From an uncultured Aquificales bacterium (lineage in GTDB: Bacteria > Thermosulfidibacterota > Thermosulfidibacteria > Thermosulfidibacterales > Thermosulfidibacteraceae), in NCBI GenBank assembly GCA_964411615.1, contig CAYPLO010000022.1:1-25794 (forward strand): DNA of 25,794 bases. The letters run 5' to 3'. Positions 1 through 9,368 of this stretch are shown one piece after another. Under the pieces are notes generated by a model. The model did not search any database and was not told the origin of the DNA. It saw only the letters and a program-made list of their open reading frames with translations. How positions within the stretch are numbered: the stretch's first letter is position 1; the number at the start of each line of letters is the position of its first letter. The translations under genes and the position numbers were made by a program.

Positions 1-789
1 AGATGGGTGGTTCTGTTTGTGGCTCTGCTTTTCGCTTCTGTCTCTGTAGCGGCTGTCAAGGCTCCCAATCCTGTGCTCTCCAGGGTCAGGGCCTTGACGG
101 GAGGTAAGGCCAAGGTTCTGGGCACGGAGAAGGCCCCCTTTGGGGACTTTTATATAGTATTCTTCAAGGGGCCTCAGGACAGGCTCGGTGTCATCACCGT
201 GAGCGGTGATGGCAGGTATGTTCTTTTGGGAAAGATTCTGGACTTTGCAGGGCCCCTGCCGAGGGACGTGATTTACGAGCTTGCCAAGTCCAAGGGCTAC
301 CTCAAGCCTCCCCAGCCCAAGAAGGTTGATATGTCAAAGATAGACCTCAAGGGCGCACCGAGGGTGGGCAAGAAGGAGGCTCCCGCCATAGTTCTGTACT
401 TTGACCCTACATGCCCCTTCTGCAAAAGGGAGCTTCAGACCCTGAGGGGGATGGTGGAGAAGGGGGAGATAGCCTTCTATCCCAAGTACTTCATAGTGCA
501 TGGTCCAAAGGCTAAGGAGAAGGCGAAGGAGGCGGAGTGCATAAGGGAGTCTAAGGGGGAGGCCGCCTACTTTGACTATCTTCTCAAGGGCAAGAAGCCT
601 TCGGGTAAGCTCAGCTGCAATATGGAGCAGATTGAGAAACGGATAGACAGGGATATAAAGGAGGCCCAGAGGCTTGGGGTGAGGGGAACTCCCACCTGGG
701 TTTACAAGGGGCGTATGTATGTGGGGTACAGAGGGGAAAAGGAGATAAGGGCCGTTATTGACAAGGGCAAAAGTGCTAAAGTAAAATAG
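1..789 (+). CDS. DsbC/DsbG-like periplasmic thiol:disulfide oxidoreductase (thioredoxin fold); probably 5'-truncated by the window edge
   Basis: Signal-peptide-like N-terminus, DsbC-type N-terminal segment (VSGDGRYVLLGKILD), active site FDPTCPFC, cis-Pro loop GVRGTPT. The frame is open to base 1 (AGA TGG GTG...), so the true start is probably just upstream of the window rather than GTG at 7. Confidence 0.85.
   Translation, partial: RWVVLFVALLFASVSVAAVKAPNPVLSRVRALTGGKAKVLGTEKAPFGDFYIVFFKGPQDRLGVITVSGDGRYVLLGKILDFAGPLPRDVIYELAKSKGYLKPPQPKKVDMSKIDLKGAPRVGKKEAPAIVLYFDPTCPFCKRELQTLRGMVEKGEIAFYPKYFIVHGPKAKEKAKEAECIRESKGEAAYFDYLLKGKKPSGKLSCNMEQIEKRIDRDIKEAQRLGVRGTPTWVYKGRMYVGYRGEKEIRAVIDKGKSAKVK
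758..787 (+). promoter_or_regulatory. Putative sigma70 promoter for khpA, inside the 3' end of the dsbC-like gene
   Basis: TTGACA (758-763), 18 nt spacer, TAAAAT (782-787); purine-rich GGAGAGG at 804-810 precedes ATG 818. Confidence 0.7.
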
Positions 790-817
790 TTAAAAAACAT
801 CATGGAGAGGGCCTGGG

Positions 818-1051
818 ATGCTGAGGGAGCTGATTGAGACTATGGCTAAGGCGATGGTTGAGAAGCCGGAAGAGGTGAGGGTTAACGAGATTGATGGGGC
901 AAACACCATAGTCTTTGAGCTCAAGGTTGCCCCTGAGGACCTTGGCAGGGTGATAGGCAAGGGCGGCGTCCGTGCCAAGGCCATGAGGACCATTCTGAAC
1001 GCCGCCAACAAGGACAGGAGCAAGAAGTATATCTTGGAGATTATAGGCTAA
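818..1051 (+). CDS. khpA: KH-domain RNA-binding protein KhpA family
   Basis: 77 aa; [17 protein letters not shown] (intact GxxG KH motif), AKAMRTIL, C-terminal LEII. Confidence 0.92.
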   Translation: MLRELIETMAKAMVEKPEEVRVNEIDGANTIVFELKVAPEDLGRVIGKGGVRAKAMRTILNAANKDRSKKYILEIIG

Positions 1052-1710
1052 AGCTCAAGGGGTGGGCTGAAGACCGCCCACTCCTCTTTTTTTCTGCCTT
1101 TTACGATAACCCTCCTTCCATCTAAGCTGACCCTCCCTTCGGCTATCAGCTTTATGGCCATGGGGTATATCTTGTGCTCGCACTTGAGTATCCTCGCGGC
1201 AAGTGTATCCTCGTCGTCGTCCTCAAAGACCGGGACGGCGGCCTGAATGATTATGGGTCCTGAGTCGACCCCCTCGTCGACGAAGTGGACCGTGCATCCC
1301 GCTATCTTCACCCCGTGCTCCACAGCCTGTCTCTGGCCGTGCAGTCCGGGGAAGGAGGGTAGCAGTGCTGGATGTATGTTTATTATCCTGTTTCTGAATC
1401 TGTTGACGAAGTATGGGGAGAGGATGCGCATGAATCCCGCAAGGCACACAAGTTCGACCCCTCTTCTCTCAAGCTCCTCTGCTACGGCCTTCTCAAACTC
1501 CTCCTTTGATGGATAGGCCTTGGGGTCTATGAATAGGGCTTCTATCTTGTGTCTTCTTGCCCTCTCCAGTCCGTAGGCATCCTTCTTGTCGGATATGACC
1601 ACCTCTATCTTAGCAGGAATCTTTCCCGCCTCTATGTGGTCTATGATGGACTGGAGGTTGCTCCCCCTTCCCGAAATGAGGACACCCAGCTTTAGAATCT
1701 TCCCTCCCAT
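1048..1710 (-). CDS. purN: Phosphoribosylglycinamide formyltransferase
   Basis: [48 protein letters not shown] motifs; follows purM. Confidence 0.98.
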   Translation of the reverse strand: MGGKILKLGVLISGRGSNLQSIIDHIEAGKIPAKIEVVISDKKDAYGLERARRHKIEALFIDPKAYPSKEEFEKAVAEELERRGVELVCLAGFMRILSPYFVNRFRNRIINIHPALLPSFPGLHGQRQAVEHGVKIAGCTVHFVDEGVDSGPIIIQAAVPVFEDDDEDTLAARILKCEHKIYPMAIKLIAEGRVSLDGRRVIVKGRKKEEWAVFSPPLEL

Positions 1711-2720
1711 AGTCTCACCTCCCCCTCTCCTTCTATAACCTCTCCTATGAAGGTGGCCTCCTCTCCTGCACCTTTCAGGACCTCAAGGGCCCTGTCCGCA
1801 TCCTCAGGAGAGACCACCACCATCATTCCTATGCCCATGTTGAAGGTTCTGAACATCTCCTCCTTCGGCACATCACCCCATTGGGCTATCAGTTTGAAGA
1901 TGGGCTGCGGCTCCCAGGAGTCTGTGTAAATCATGAGGGACAGCCCCTCTTTCAGCAGTCTCTTGGGCTTTTCCAAGACGCCTCCACCGGTTATGTGGGC
2001 TATACCTTTTGGTTTTATCCCGGCCCTTTTGAGGGCCTTTACGGCCTTAACGTATATCCTGGTTGGGGTTAGAAGCTCCTCTGCCAGGCTTTTGCCCAGC
2101 TCTTCTATGTAGGAGTCTGGGGAGAACCCCATCTTCTCAAACACCACCTTTCTGACGAGGGAGTAACCGTTGCTGTGGAGTCCAGAGGAGGCAACTCCTA
2201 TGATTATGTCCTGCACCTTTAACTGTGGGGTTATGAGCTCCTCCTCTTCGCATGCTCCAACGCAGAAACCTGCCAGGTCGTACTCTCCATCCTTGTAGAA
2301 TCCCGGCATCTCCGCCGTCTCTCCCCCTATCAGGGAGCATTCCGCCTGCCTGCAGCCTTCAACGATGCCCTCCATGACCTGAGTGTATGTCTTTTCGTCA
2401 AGTCTGCCGCAGGCGAAGTAGTCCAGGAATACCATCGGCTCCAGCCCCGATGTTATGAGGTCGTTGACGTTCATGGCCACCAAGTCTATGCCCACCGTGT
2501 TGTGTATCCCGGTCATAAAGGCAACCTTGAGCTTGGTGCCCACTCCGTCTGTGGTTGCCCCGAACACGGGGTTTCTGTAGCCTTTGAGTCTGAATATACC
2601 GGCGTACCCCCCCACGCCGCTTACCACCTCGTCCCTCAGGGTGGTTTTGGCCATCCGGGCTATGGTTCTGGCCAGAGCATCGGCCTTTCCTATGTCCACC
2701 CCTGCATCCTTATACCTCAC
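1692..2720 (-). CDS. purM: Phosphoribosylformylglycinamidine cyclo-ligase (AIR synthetase)
   Basis: [55 protein letters not shown]. Confidence 0.98.
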   Translation of the reverse strand: MRYKDAGVDIGKADALARTIARMAKTTLRDEVVSGVGGYAGIFRLKGYRNPVFGATTDGVGTKLKVAFMTGIHNTVGIDLVAMNVNDLITSGLEPMVFLDYFACGRLDEKTYTQVMEGIVEGCRQAECSLIGGETAEMPGFYKDGEYDLAGFCVGACEEEELITPQLKVQDIIIGVASSGLHSNGYSLVRKVVFEKMGFSPDSYIEELGKSLAEELLTPTRIYVKAVKALKRAGIKPKGIAHITGGGVLEKPKRLLKEGLSLMIYTDSWEPQPIFKLIAQWGDVPKEEMFRTFNMGIGMMVVVSPEDADRALEVLKGAGEEATFIGEVIEGEGEVRLWEGRF

Positions 2721-4059
2721 CCTGCTCCTCCCTCTTTATGCCGTAGTTTCTCAGCTTCTTGTAGAGGTGGCTCCTCTCTATGCCCAGTTCCTCTGCCGTT
2801 CTTGAGATGTTCCACTGGTTCTTCTTGAGAACCCTCATTATGTACTCCCTCTCAAAGGCCTCCTTGGCCTCTTTCAGGCTTCTGGCCTCCGTTATCTGGC
2901 TCTGGGTGGAGTCTAAGGGGAAGGGCAGGTCCACCTCTTCTATCACCTCTTTCCTTGCCGTTATCACCAGCCTCTCCATGAGGTTCTTCAGCTCCCTCAC
3001 ATTGCCGGGCCAGTGGTATCCCATGAGTATCCTCATGGCTCCAGGGGATATCTCCCTGACGTCTCTCCTGTACTTTTCTGCAAACTCTTTGAGGAAGTGG
3101 TTGGCAAGAATTGGTATGTCCTCTCGCCTCTCCCTGAGGGGAGGGACCCTTATGGGATAGACGTTGAGTCTGTAGTAGAGCTCGTGCCTGAAGTTCCCCT
3201 TTCTCACCTCCTCCTCAAGGTCCCTGTTGGTGGAGGCTATAACCCTTATGTCCAGGTCTATCACCCTGTTGCTGCCCACCCTCTCTATCTTCAGTTCTTC
3301 CAGGACCCTCAGGACCTTGGCCTGGACGGTGAGGTCCATATCCCCCACCTCGTCAAAGTAGAGGGTTCCCCCGTTGGCCAGCTCAAATTTTCCCTTCTTC
3401 AGGGTCTGGCATGGGGATGCGTCGGGGTCGCAGCCAAACAGCTCTATCTCTATATGGTCCTTGGGTAGGGTGGCGCAGTTTACTGGAACGAAGGGGCCGT
3501 TCTTCCTGGGAGAAAGTTCGTGTATCATGCGGGCTACAAGCTCCTTTCCTGTGCCGCTCTCTCCGTATATGAGCACCCAGCAGTCGGTGGGTGCCACCAG
3601 CTTTATCTCCTCAAGGAGCCTCCTTATCTGGGGGCTCGTTCCTATCAGCTCCTTTCTCTTCTCCTCCTTGAGGAGCCTGTACTCCCTGTGTATACGGGAC
3701 TCCTCAAGGGCCTTCTCCACCTTGAGCAGGAGCCTTTCCAGGTCTATGGGCTTCTCTATGAAGTCGTAGGCTCCCAGTTTCACCGCCTTTATGGCCGTCT
3801 CTATGGTTCCGTGTCCAGAGATGATGAGAACGGGCATGTCGGGGTACTTCTGCTTTATCTGGCCCAAAACCTCTATCCCGTCTATCCCCTCAAGCCAGAC
3901 GTCCAGTATCACCAAATCCGGAAGCTCCCTGTCCACAACCTTGAGGGCCTCTTCCCCCGTGGTCACCTGTATGGTGCTGTAGCCTTCGTCCCTGAGGACG
4001 TCTCCCAAAGTGCTCAGTATCTCGGGTTCGTCATCAACTATGAGGATGAGCTCTCCCAT
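2710..4059 (-). CDS. ntrX: NtrX-like response regulator (REC-AAA+-Fis HTH) lacking the GAFTGA loop
   Basis: REC domain (VDDE, LDVWL, ISGHG, FIEKP), Walker A GESGTGKE, Walker B LYFDEV, YYRLNV, WPGNVRELKN, HTH NISRTAEELGIERSHLYKKL; directly downstream of the ntrY-like kinase. Confidence 0.88.
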   Translation of the reverse strand: MGELILIVDDEPEILSTLGDVLRDEGYSTIQVTTGEEALKVVDRELPDLVILDVWLEGIDGIEVLGQIKQKYPDMPVLIISGHGTIETAIKAVKLGAYDFIEKPIDLERLLLKVEKALEESRIHREYRLLKEEKRKELIGTSPQIRRLLEEIKLVAPTDCWVLIYGESGTGKELVARMIHELSPRKNGPFVPVNCATLPKDHIEIELFGCDPDASPCQTLKKGKFELANGGTLYFDEVGDMDLTVQAKVLRVLEELKIERVGSNRVIDLDIRVIASTNRDLEEEVRKGNFRHELYYRLNVYPIRVPPLRERREDIPILANHFLKEFAEKYRRDVREISPGAMRILMGYHWPGNVRELKNLMERLVITARKEVIEEVDLPFPLDSTQSQITEARSLKEAKEAFEREYIMRVLKKNQWNISRTAEELGIERSHLYKKLRNYGIKREEQGEV

Positions 4060-6215
4060 CAGACCTCCCTGTGGGGTATCTCTATGATAAAGACGGCGCC
4101 TCTGGGATGGTTGTCCTGGACCCTTATGTATCCGTTGTGGTCCGCTATTATTCTATCCACTATGGCAAGCCCCAGGCCTGTGCCCCCCTTCCTGCGGGAG
4201 AAGTAGGGCAGAAAGAGTTTGTCCTTGTACTCGTCGGGTATGCCGCAGCCGGTATCCGCCACTTTAATCACTATCTTCCTCTCGGAGGGGTCGTAGTGGG
4301 CGGATATACTCACCGTCCCCTTCCCGTCCATGGCGTGTATGGCGTTGTCTATCAGGTTCACAAAGACGCTCTTCATCTTCTCCCTGTCCAGAAGGGTTCT
4401 TTGGGGGAGATTGTCCGAGAAAAAGAGCCTGAAGTCAACATCCCTGTTGGCGGAGTAGAGCTCCACCACCTCCTCCACTATGCTCCTCAAATCTTCGGGG
4501 GCGAGCTTCGTCTCGGGTAGTCTGGCGAACCTGTAGAACTCGTTGACCATGGAGCTTATGGAGTTGACGCTCTTTATTATGGTCTCGGCTGATTTCTTCA
4601 GGGATTGGGCATCCTCCTGGGTTATGGCTCCCCTGCTGAGCTTTCTCAGCAACCTCTGTGCCGCTAAGCTTATGGGGGTGAGGGGGTTCTTTATCTCGTG
4701 GGCCATCCTCCTTGCCACCTCCTCCCAGGCCTGTGCCCTCTGGGCCTTCACAAGCTCGGTTATATCCTCAAGAACAATCACAAGCCCCGTCCAGTTCCCC
4801 CTCTGGTCCAGAAGGGTGGATGCGCCCACGAGCAGGTGTTTGGGTTCCCCATCTATGTTTATGGTCATCTCCCTCTTGTGGGGTTTGGTGTCTTTACCCG
4901 AGACTATCTCCCTTATTATGCGGTAAAGGGGCTCAAACCTGTCCCTTGGAAACACCTCCCAGTACCTCTTACCCACGGGATTCTCTTTCACATTCAGAAT
5001 GCGTCTTGCGGCGGAGTTCATGGTGCTTATTCTGCCGTTTCTGTCTATGGAGATGACCCCTGTTGCCACGTGTTCCACAACCGTCTCTATGAAGGCGTTC
5101 CTCTCCTCAAGTCTCTTCCTGTTCAGCGCCAGTTCCCTTATCATGAGGTTGAAGTTCCTTATCAGCATGGCCAGCTCGTCCCTTCCCCTGGCTTCTATCT
5201 CCACATCCAGGTTTCCCTTGGCCACCTCCCTTGTGGCGTTCATGAGGGCCTCTATGGGGGCCGTTATGCTCTTTGCTATCTGGAGGGCGTACCAGGAGGA
5301 GGAGAAGATTATCAGGGCGCTTATCATGAGCAGTGCCGCTATGTAGGTCCCCTTTATGGACTCCTTTATGGCCCTGAGGGATGAGAACTCGTGGTAGGTC
5401 CTTATGGTGCCCTGGATGGCCGATGCCACCTTTTTGGAGAGCTTCTGGGCGGAGAATATGACGGCCCCTGCGTCCTTTACGGGGTACAGGTAGCAGAAGT
5501 ACCTCTTGTGGTAGAATCCGTGTGGTTGCCCTTCCGCAAAGGCGTTCTGCACGGATTTTTTAATCCCTATCTCCCTGTGGAGGTTTCTCCTCTCTTTAAG
5601 GTTGCTGGCGTAGAGCCTTCCGTCTCTGTAATAGACCTCAACAATCTTTGCCCCGAAGAGCTTTGCGTTCTTCTGGAGTATCCACTTGGTCTTCCAGTAC
5701 GCGTCCTTTCCCGGCTTCAAGGGCAGCAGCTTCTCCTTCCTCATGTCCTTCTCCACAGACCTGCTGAGTAGCCAGGACCTCTGGGTTAGCAGGTCCGTAA
5801 ACTCCTGAGCCACATCAAGGATGGCTTTGAGGGCCGCCTCTCTCCTCTCGTTGAACCATATCTCCACCGACTTGCTAAGGAACCCTGCCGATACGAAGAA
5901 GAGAAACAGGGCGGGAACGGTGGTGGCAAGGAGGACGGAGGAGACCAGCTTCACCGAGAATCTGGACCCTGGAAGCCCCTTCCTCCTGTTTATCCAGAGC
6001 TTTACAAGTATCCTGCCTATGAGCAGCAGGAAGATGGCTATGAGCAGGGAGTTTATGAGTATTAGGGCGAACAGGGCTATCCCTGAGGGCACCAGCTTGA
6101 GCCCCTTGGGGGTTCCCAGGAAGAATTGAAGGGATAAGGTCAGGGCCAAGACAAAGGCCACTATCAGGGCACTGGTGAGGGTGCCCTTAGGGCTCCATCT
6201 GTCGGTCTCGCCCAT
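4059..6215 (-). CDS. ntrY: NtrY-like membrane sensor histidine kinase (TM-periplasmic-HAMP-PAS-HisKA-HATPase)
   Basis: Three N-terminal TM helices, PGSRFSVKLV, HAMP (ITAPIEAL...GRDEL...FNLM), PAS (TGVISID), H-box WEEVARRMAHEIKNPLTPI, N/G boxes NLIDNA, DTGCGI, GTGLGLAI. Confidence 0.9.
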   Translation of the reverse strand: MGETDRWSPKGTLTSALIVAFVLALTLSLQFFLGTPKGLKLVPSGIALFALILINSLLIAIFLLLIGRILVKLWINRRKGLPGSRFSVKLVSSVLLATTVPALFLFFVSAGFLSKSVEIWFNERREAALKAILDVAQEFTDLLTQRSWLLSRSVEKDMRKEKLLPLKPGKDAYWKTKWILQKNAKLFGAKIVEVYYRDGRLYASNLKERRNLHREIGIKKSVQNAFAEGQPHGFYHKRYFCYLYPVKDAGAVIFSAQKLSKKVASAIQGTIRTYHEFSSLRAIKESIKGTYIAALLMISALIIFSSSWYALQIAKSITAPIEALMNATREVAKGNLDVEIEARGRDELAMLIRNFNLMIRELALNRKRLEERNAFIETVVEHVATGVISIDRNGRISTMNSAARRILNVKENPVGKRYWEVFPRDRFEPLYRIIREIVSGKDTKPHKREMTINIDGEPKHLLVGASTLLDQRGNWTGLVIVLEDITELVKAQRAQAWEEVARRMAHEIKNPLTPISLAAQRLLRKLSRGAITQEDAQSLKKSAETIIKSVNSISSMVNEFYRFARLPETKLAPEDLRSIVEEVVELYSANRDVDFRLFFSDNLPQRTLLDREKMKSVFVNLIDNAIHAMDGKGTVSISAHYDPSERKIVIKVADTGCGIPDEYKDKLFLPYFSRRKGGTGLGLAIVDRIIADHNGYIRVQDNHPRGAVFIIEIPHREV

Positions 6216-6669
6216 GGCATCTTACCCAATCTGTCCTGTAGGTGCCCAGTCCCGGTATGAGATTGAGGGGGAAGGGCATGTAGGGGTCTACCCTCTTAAC
6301 CCTCACCCGAATGGGGGGTCTTTTTACGGGAATCCTGAGCCTCTTGAGGTGCTGCAGGAAGAAGGACCTGTTTCTGAACCTCTCTTCACTTGTGTTCTTT
6401 ATTATGAAGAGATGGGTTACGGGGTTGTAGGACAGCCTGTAGCTGATGCTTTCCCTGCCCTTGGACTTTTCAAACTCCACGTAGAAGAGGTAGTCGGCCC
6501 CTTCCGACAGCTTCTCCTTTACATCTGTGAGGAACTGGTCATCCATGAGCAGCTCTATGTGGGGGCTTGGGCTTTTGTGATATACGCAGTTTATCACCTT
6601 GAAGGTGGCACTGAGGGCCTCAGAGCAGCAGAGTATGACCATCAGGATTAGCGGACCTTTGAGTTTCAT
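6187..6669 (-). CDS. Exported protein, DUF4390-like, first gene of the ntrYX operon
   Basis: Signal peptide, LSYNPVT and C-terminal PFPLNLIP...YRTDW; position immediately upstream of ntrY matches the known DUF4390-ntrY-ntrX synteny. Family call from recall, not a search. Confidence 0.65.
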   Translation of the reverse strand: MKLKGPLILMVILCCSEALSATFKVINCVYHKSPSPHIELLMDDQFLTDVKEKLSEGADYLFYVEFEKSKGRESISYRLSYNPVTHLFIIKNTSEERFRNRSFFLQHLKRLRIPVKRPPIRVRVKRVDPYMPFPLNLIPGLGTYRTDWVRCHGRDRQMEP

Positions 6670-6687
6670 AGGCTTTTACTATATACT
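6659..6687 (+). promoter_or_regulatory. Putative sigma70 promoter for ade
   Basis: TTGAGT (6659-6664), 17 nt spacer, TATACT (6682-6687); strong SD GGAGG at 6711-6715 before ATG 6721. Confidence 0.6.
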
Positions 6688-6706
6688 AAACGCACCTTTG
6701 CTTAAA
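6678..6706 (-). promoter_or_regulatory. Putative promoter for the DUF4390-ntrYX-purMN operon (leaderless-like)
   Basis: Minus-strand TATAGT at 6683-6678, 8 nt before ATG 6669; weak -35 TTTAAG at 6706-6701 with 17 nt spacer; no SD upstream of the ATG. Confidence 0.45.
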
Positions 6707-6720
6707 GGGTGGAGGGGGAG

Positions 6721-8451
6721 ATGCCTTTGGATATACCTCTTATGAAGTCCCTTATAGATGTGGCCACCAAGAGGGAGAGGGCCGACCTGGTTATAAGGGG
6801 ATGTATGGTCCTTGACGTCTTCTGCGGTAAGCTGGAGAAGAAGGAGGTTGCGGTAAAGAACGGCTATATAGCCGCCCTCGGTAGGGGTTACGAGGCTGAC
6901 GTTGTTATAGACCTTCCCAGGGGCTTTGTCCTTCCCGGTTTTATAGACGCCCACATCCACATAGAGAGCAGCCTCATGAACCCGGTGGAGTTTGCCAAGG
7001 TGGTGCTGCCCAGGGGTACAACGGCGGTGGTGGCAGACCCCCACGAGATAGCGAATGTATGCGGCAACAGGGGTATAGAGTACATGCTCCTTGAGACGGA
7101 GGGGCTTCCTGTGGACTTCTTCTTCACCGTTCCCTCCTGTGTTCCTGCCGCTAAGGGTATGGAGACCTCAGGTGCCGTCCTTGGGGTGGAGGATATAGCT
7201 GAGTGGCTCACCCATCCCAGGATAGTGGGGCTGGGGGAGGTGATGAACTTCCCCGGCGTCATCAATGGAGATGAGGAGATTCTGAGGAAGATATACACCG
7301 CCATATCCTTGGGTAAGAGGGTTGAGGGCCATGCCCCGGGAGTTATGGGGGATGAGCTTTGTGCATATTGCTCAACAGGTATCTCTTCAGACCACGAGTG
7401 CACCCATCTTCAGGAGGCGGAGGATAAGCTTAAAAGGGGCATGTACATAATGATAAGGGAGGGGTCCACAGCCAAGAATATGGCTGCCCTTGTGCCTCTG
7501 GTGAGGGCCTATGGCGTCTCAAGGTTCATGCTGGTGAGCGACGACAGACACCCCGACGACCTCTTGGAAGAGGGCCATATGGACGAGCTTCTCAGGAAGG
7601 CCGTCTATATGGGGCTTCCTCCCAACATAGCCGTGCGAATGGCCACCTTCAACCCCGCCTTCTACTTCAACCTCAGAAGAAGGGGGGCCGTCGCCCCCGG
7701 ATACATAGCGGATATGGTGGTGGTTGAGGATTTGAAACGCTTCTACCCCCTATTCGTCATAAAGAACGGGGTTGTTGTGGCGGAAAGGATGAAGCTTCTG
7801 ATAGATATATGGAGCAGGGCTTCGGTGGAGTTACCCCCCTTTAACGTCAAGCTGCCTCCCAACCCCTTCCGTGTGGAGGCGAGGGGCAGGCGCATAAGGG
7901 TGATAGGCATCATCCCGGACGAGATTATAACCGAGCATTTGGTGGAGGAGGCCAAGATTGAGGATGGTCTTGTGGTTCCCGATGTGGACAGAGACATACT
8001 GAAGATAGCGGTGGTGGAAAGACATAAAGGTACGGGCAATGTTGGGGTTGGGTTTGTCAGGGGAGTGGGGCTGTCAAAGGGAGCCATGGCCTCTTCCGTT
8101 GCCCACGACTCCCACAACATAGTGGTGGTGGGAACCAACGACAGGGACATGGAGGTGGCGGTCCGCAGGGTTGTGGAGATGAACGGTGGACTGACGGTTG
8201 TGGTGGATGGGGAGCCCAGGCTCTCCCTTGAGCTTCCCATAGGTGGGCTCATGTCCGATAGAAACGCCAACTATGTGGCATCAAGGGTTAAGGAACTGAG
8301 GGCCTTCGTCAGGTCCCTGGGCTCTTCCCTTCACAGCCCCTTCATGGCCCTTTCCTTCTTGGCTCTGCCCGTTATCCCCAAGCTGAAGATTACGGATATG
8401 GGGCTGGTGGATGTTGAGAGGTTCTCCTTCGTTGACCTCTTTGTGGACTAA
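6721..8451 (+). CDS. ade: Adenine deaminase (AdeC, amidohydrolase superfamily)
   Basis: PGFIDAHIHIESS, DPHEIANV, LGEVMNFPGV, SDHEC, IREGSTAKN, VSDDRHP, SSVAHDSHN. ATG 6721 preferred over GTG 6709 because of SD spacing. Confidence 0.97.
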   Translation: MPLDIPLMKSLIDVATKRERADLVIRGCMVLDVFCGKLEKKEVAVKNGYIAALGRGYEADVVIDLPRGFVLPGFIDAHIHIESSLMNPVEFAKVVLPRGTTAVVADPHEIANVCGNRGIEYMLLETEGLPVDFFFTVPSCVPAAKGMETSGAVLGVEDIAEWLTHPRIVGLGEVMNFPGVINGDEEILRKIYTAISLGKRVEGHAPGVMGDELCAYCSTGISSDHECTHLQEAEDKLKRGMYIMIREGSTAKNMAALVPLVRAYGVSRFMLVSDDRHPDDLLEEGHMDELLRKAVYMGLPPNIAVRMATFNPAFYFNLRRRGAVAPGYIADMVVVEDLKRFYPLFVIKNGVVVAERMKLLIDIWSRASVELPPFNVKLPPNPFRVEARGRRIRVIGIIPDEIITEHLVEEAKIEDGLVVPDVDRDILKIAVVERHKGTGNVGVGFVRGVGLSKGAMASSVAHDSHNIVVVGTNDRDMEVAVRRVVEMNGGLTVVVDGEPRLSLELPIGGLMSDRNANYVASRVKELRAFVRSLGSSLHSPFMALSFLALPVIPKLKITDMGLVDVERFSFVDLFVD

Positions 8452-9368
8452 GCCCTCTGTAGCTGTTCCTGTAGCCTCTTGACCTTGACCGAGCGTATGT
8501 TGAAGGTTGAGGCCAAAGATAAAAGCGTCTCGTAGCTCTTCTCCTCTATCTTCAACAGCCTATCCATGGTGAGTCCCACCCTATCCAGCTCTGCGGCAAG
8601 GCCTTCCATCTCCGATTCCGGGAACCTCATGGGTATCCTCTGGGATAGCATCACGGGAACCACAGCCGTTGTCCCAAGCCCCAGCTTCTGTGCCTTCTCC
8701 AGGGGCTCGGGGTGTAGCCCTATGCAGCAGATGAGCATGGCGGGAAAGCCCCATCTTTTGGCCATCCAGGCCCCCGCCTGGGCATGGGTCCAAGAGAGGG
8801 TCTTCTCTTCCACCTTTGACAGGGGCTCCCTTCCGCTCTTCCACTTGTCATAGACGTGTTTGTACTCCCTGTACCAGTCCTTGAGAAGCACGGGCAGGGC
8901 TATATCTTGAAGCAGCGCCCCTGTGAAGGCCTCATCCGGGCCTCCCACACCTGTTGCAATGGATATCTCCTTACTCATTATGGCCCTATAGAGGGAGGTG
9001 CTCCAGAAGAGGTTGAAGTCAAACCCTTCCGCCTTAGGGTCCTTAACCGCCTTCTTCACACCGTAGGATATGGCTATCTGTTCCAGTCTCTTCAGTCCCA
9101 ATGCCGATATGGCGTGCTTCACGTTCTTTATCTCGCTTCTGAAGCCGTAAAGGGGGGAGTTGGCCATCTTCAGAACCTGTGCCGAAAGGCCGGGGTCTGT
9201 CTCAACGATTGAGGCGACATCCTCTAAGTGAACGTCTGGATTTTTGAGCCTTTCAAGAAGCTTCATCACCACTTCAGGTAGGGTGGGTATCTCCTTGTCC
9301 TTGAAGAGCTTGTCAAAGTTTCCCGTGCTCAGGGCCGCGTATCTCTTTATCTTCTGGAACAGTCCCAT
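8448..9368 (-). CDS. Stand-alone HDOD-domain protein
   Basis: IPTLPEV, DPGLSAQVLKMANSPLYG, AISALG, FWSTS, GALLQDIA (HD degenerate to QD), THAQAGAWMAKRWGFP. Confidence 0.92.
   Translation of the reverse strand: MGLFQKIKRYAALSTGNFDKLFKDKEIPTLPEVVMKLLERLKNPDVHLEDVASIVETDPGLSAQVLKMANSPLYGFRSEIKNVKHAISALGLKRLEQIAISYGVKKAVKDPKAEGFDFNLFWSTSLYRAIMSKEISIATGVGGPDEAFTGALLQDIALPVLLKDWYREYKHVYDKWKSGREPLSKVEEKTLSWTHAQAGAWMAKRWGFPAMLICCIGLHPEPLEKAQKLGLGTTAVVPVMLSQRIPMRFPESEMEGLAAELDRVGLTMDRLLKIEEKSYETLLSLASTFNIRSVKVKRLQEQLQRA

Noticed and set aside
3013..6651. Numerous 100-230 aa plus-strand ORFs opposite ntrX, ntrY and DUF4390
   Set aside because: Shadow ORFs lying over well-supported minus-strand genes, with low-complexity L/P/S-rich translations.
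6670..6720. Purine riboswitch upstream of ade
   Set aside because: The gap is about 51 nt, too short, and lacks the three-way-junction consensus.
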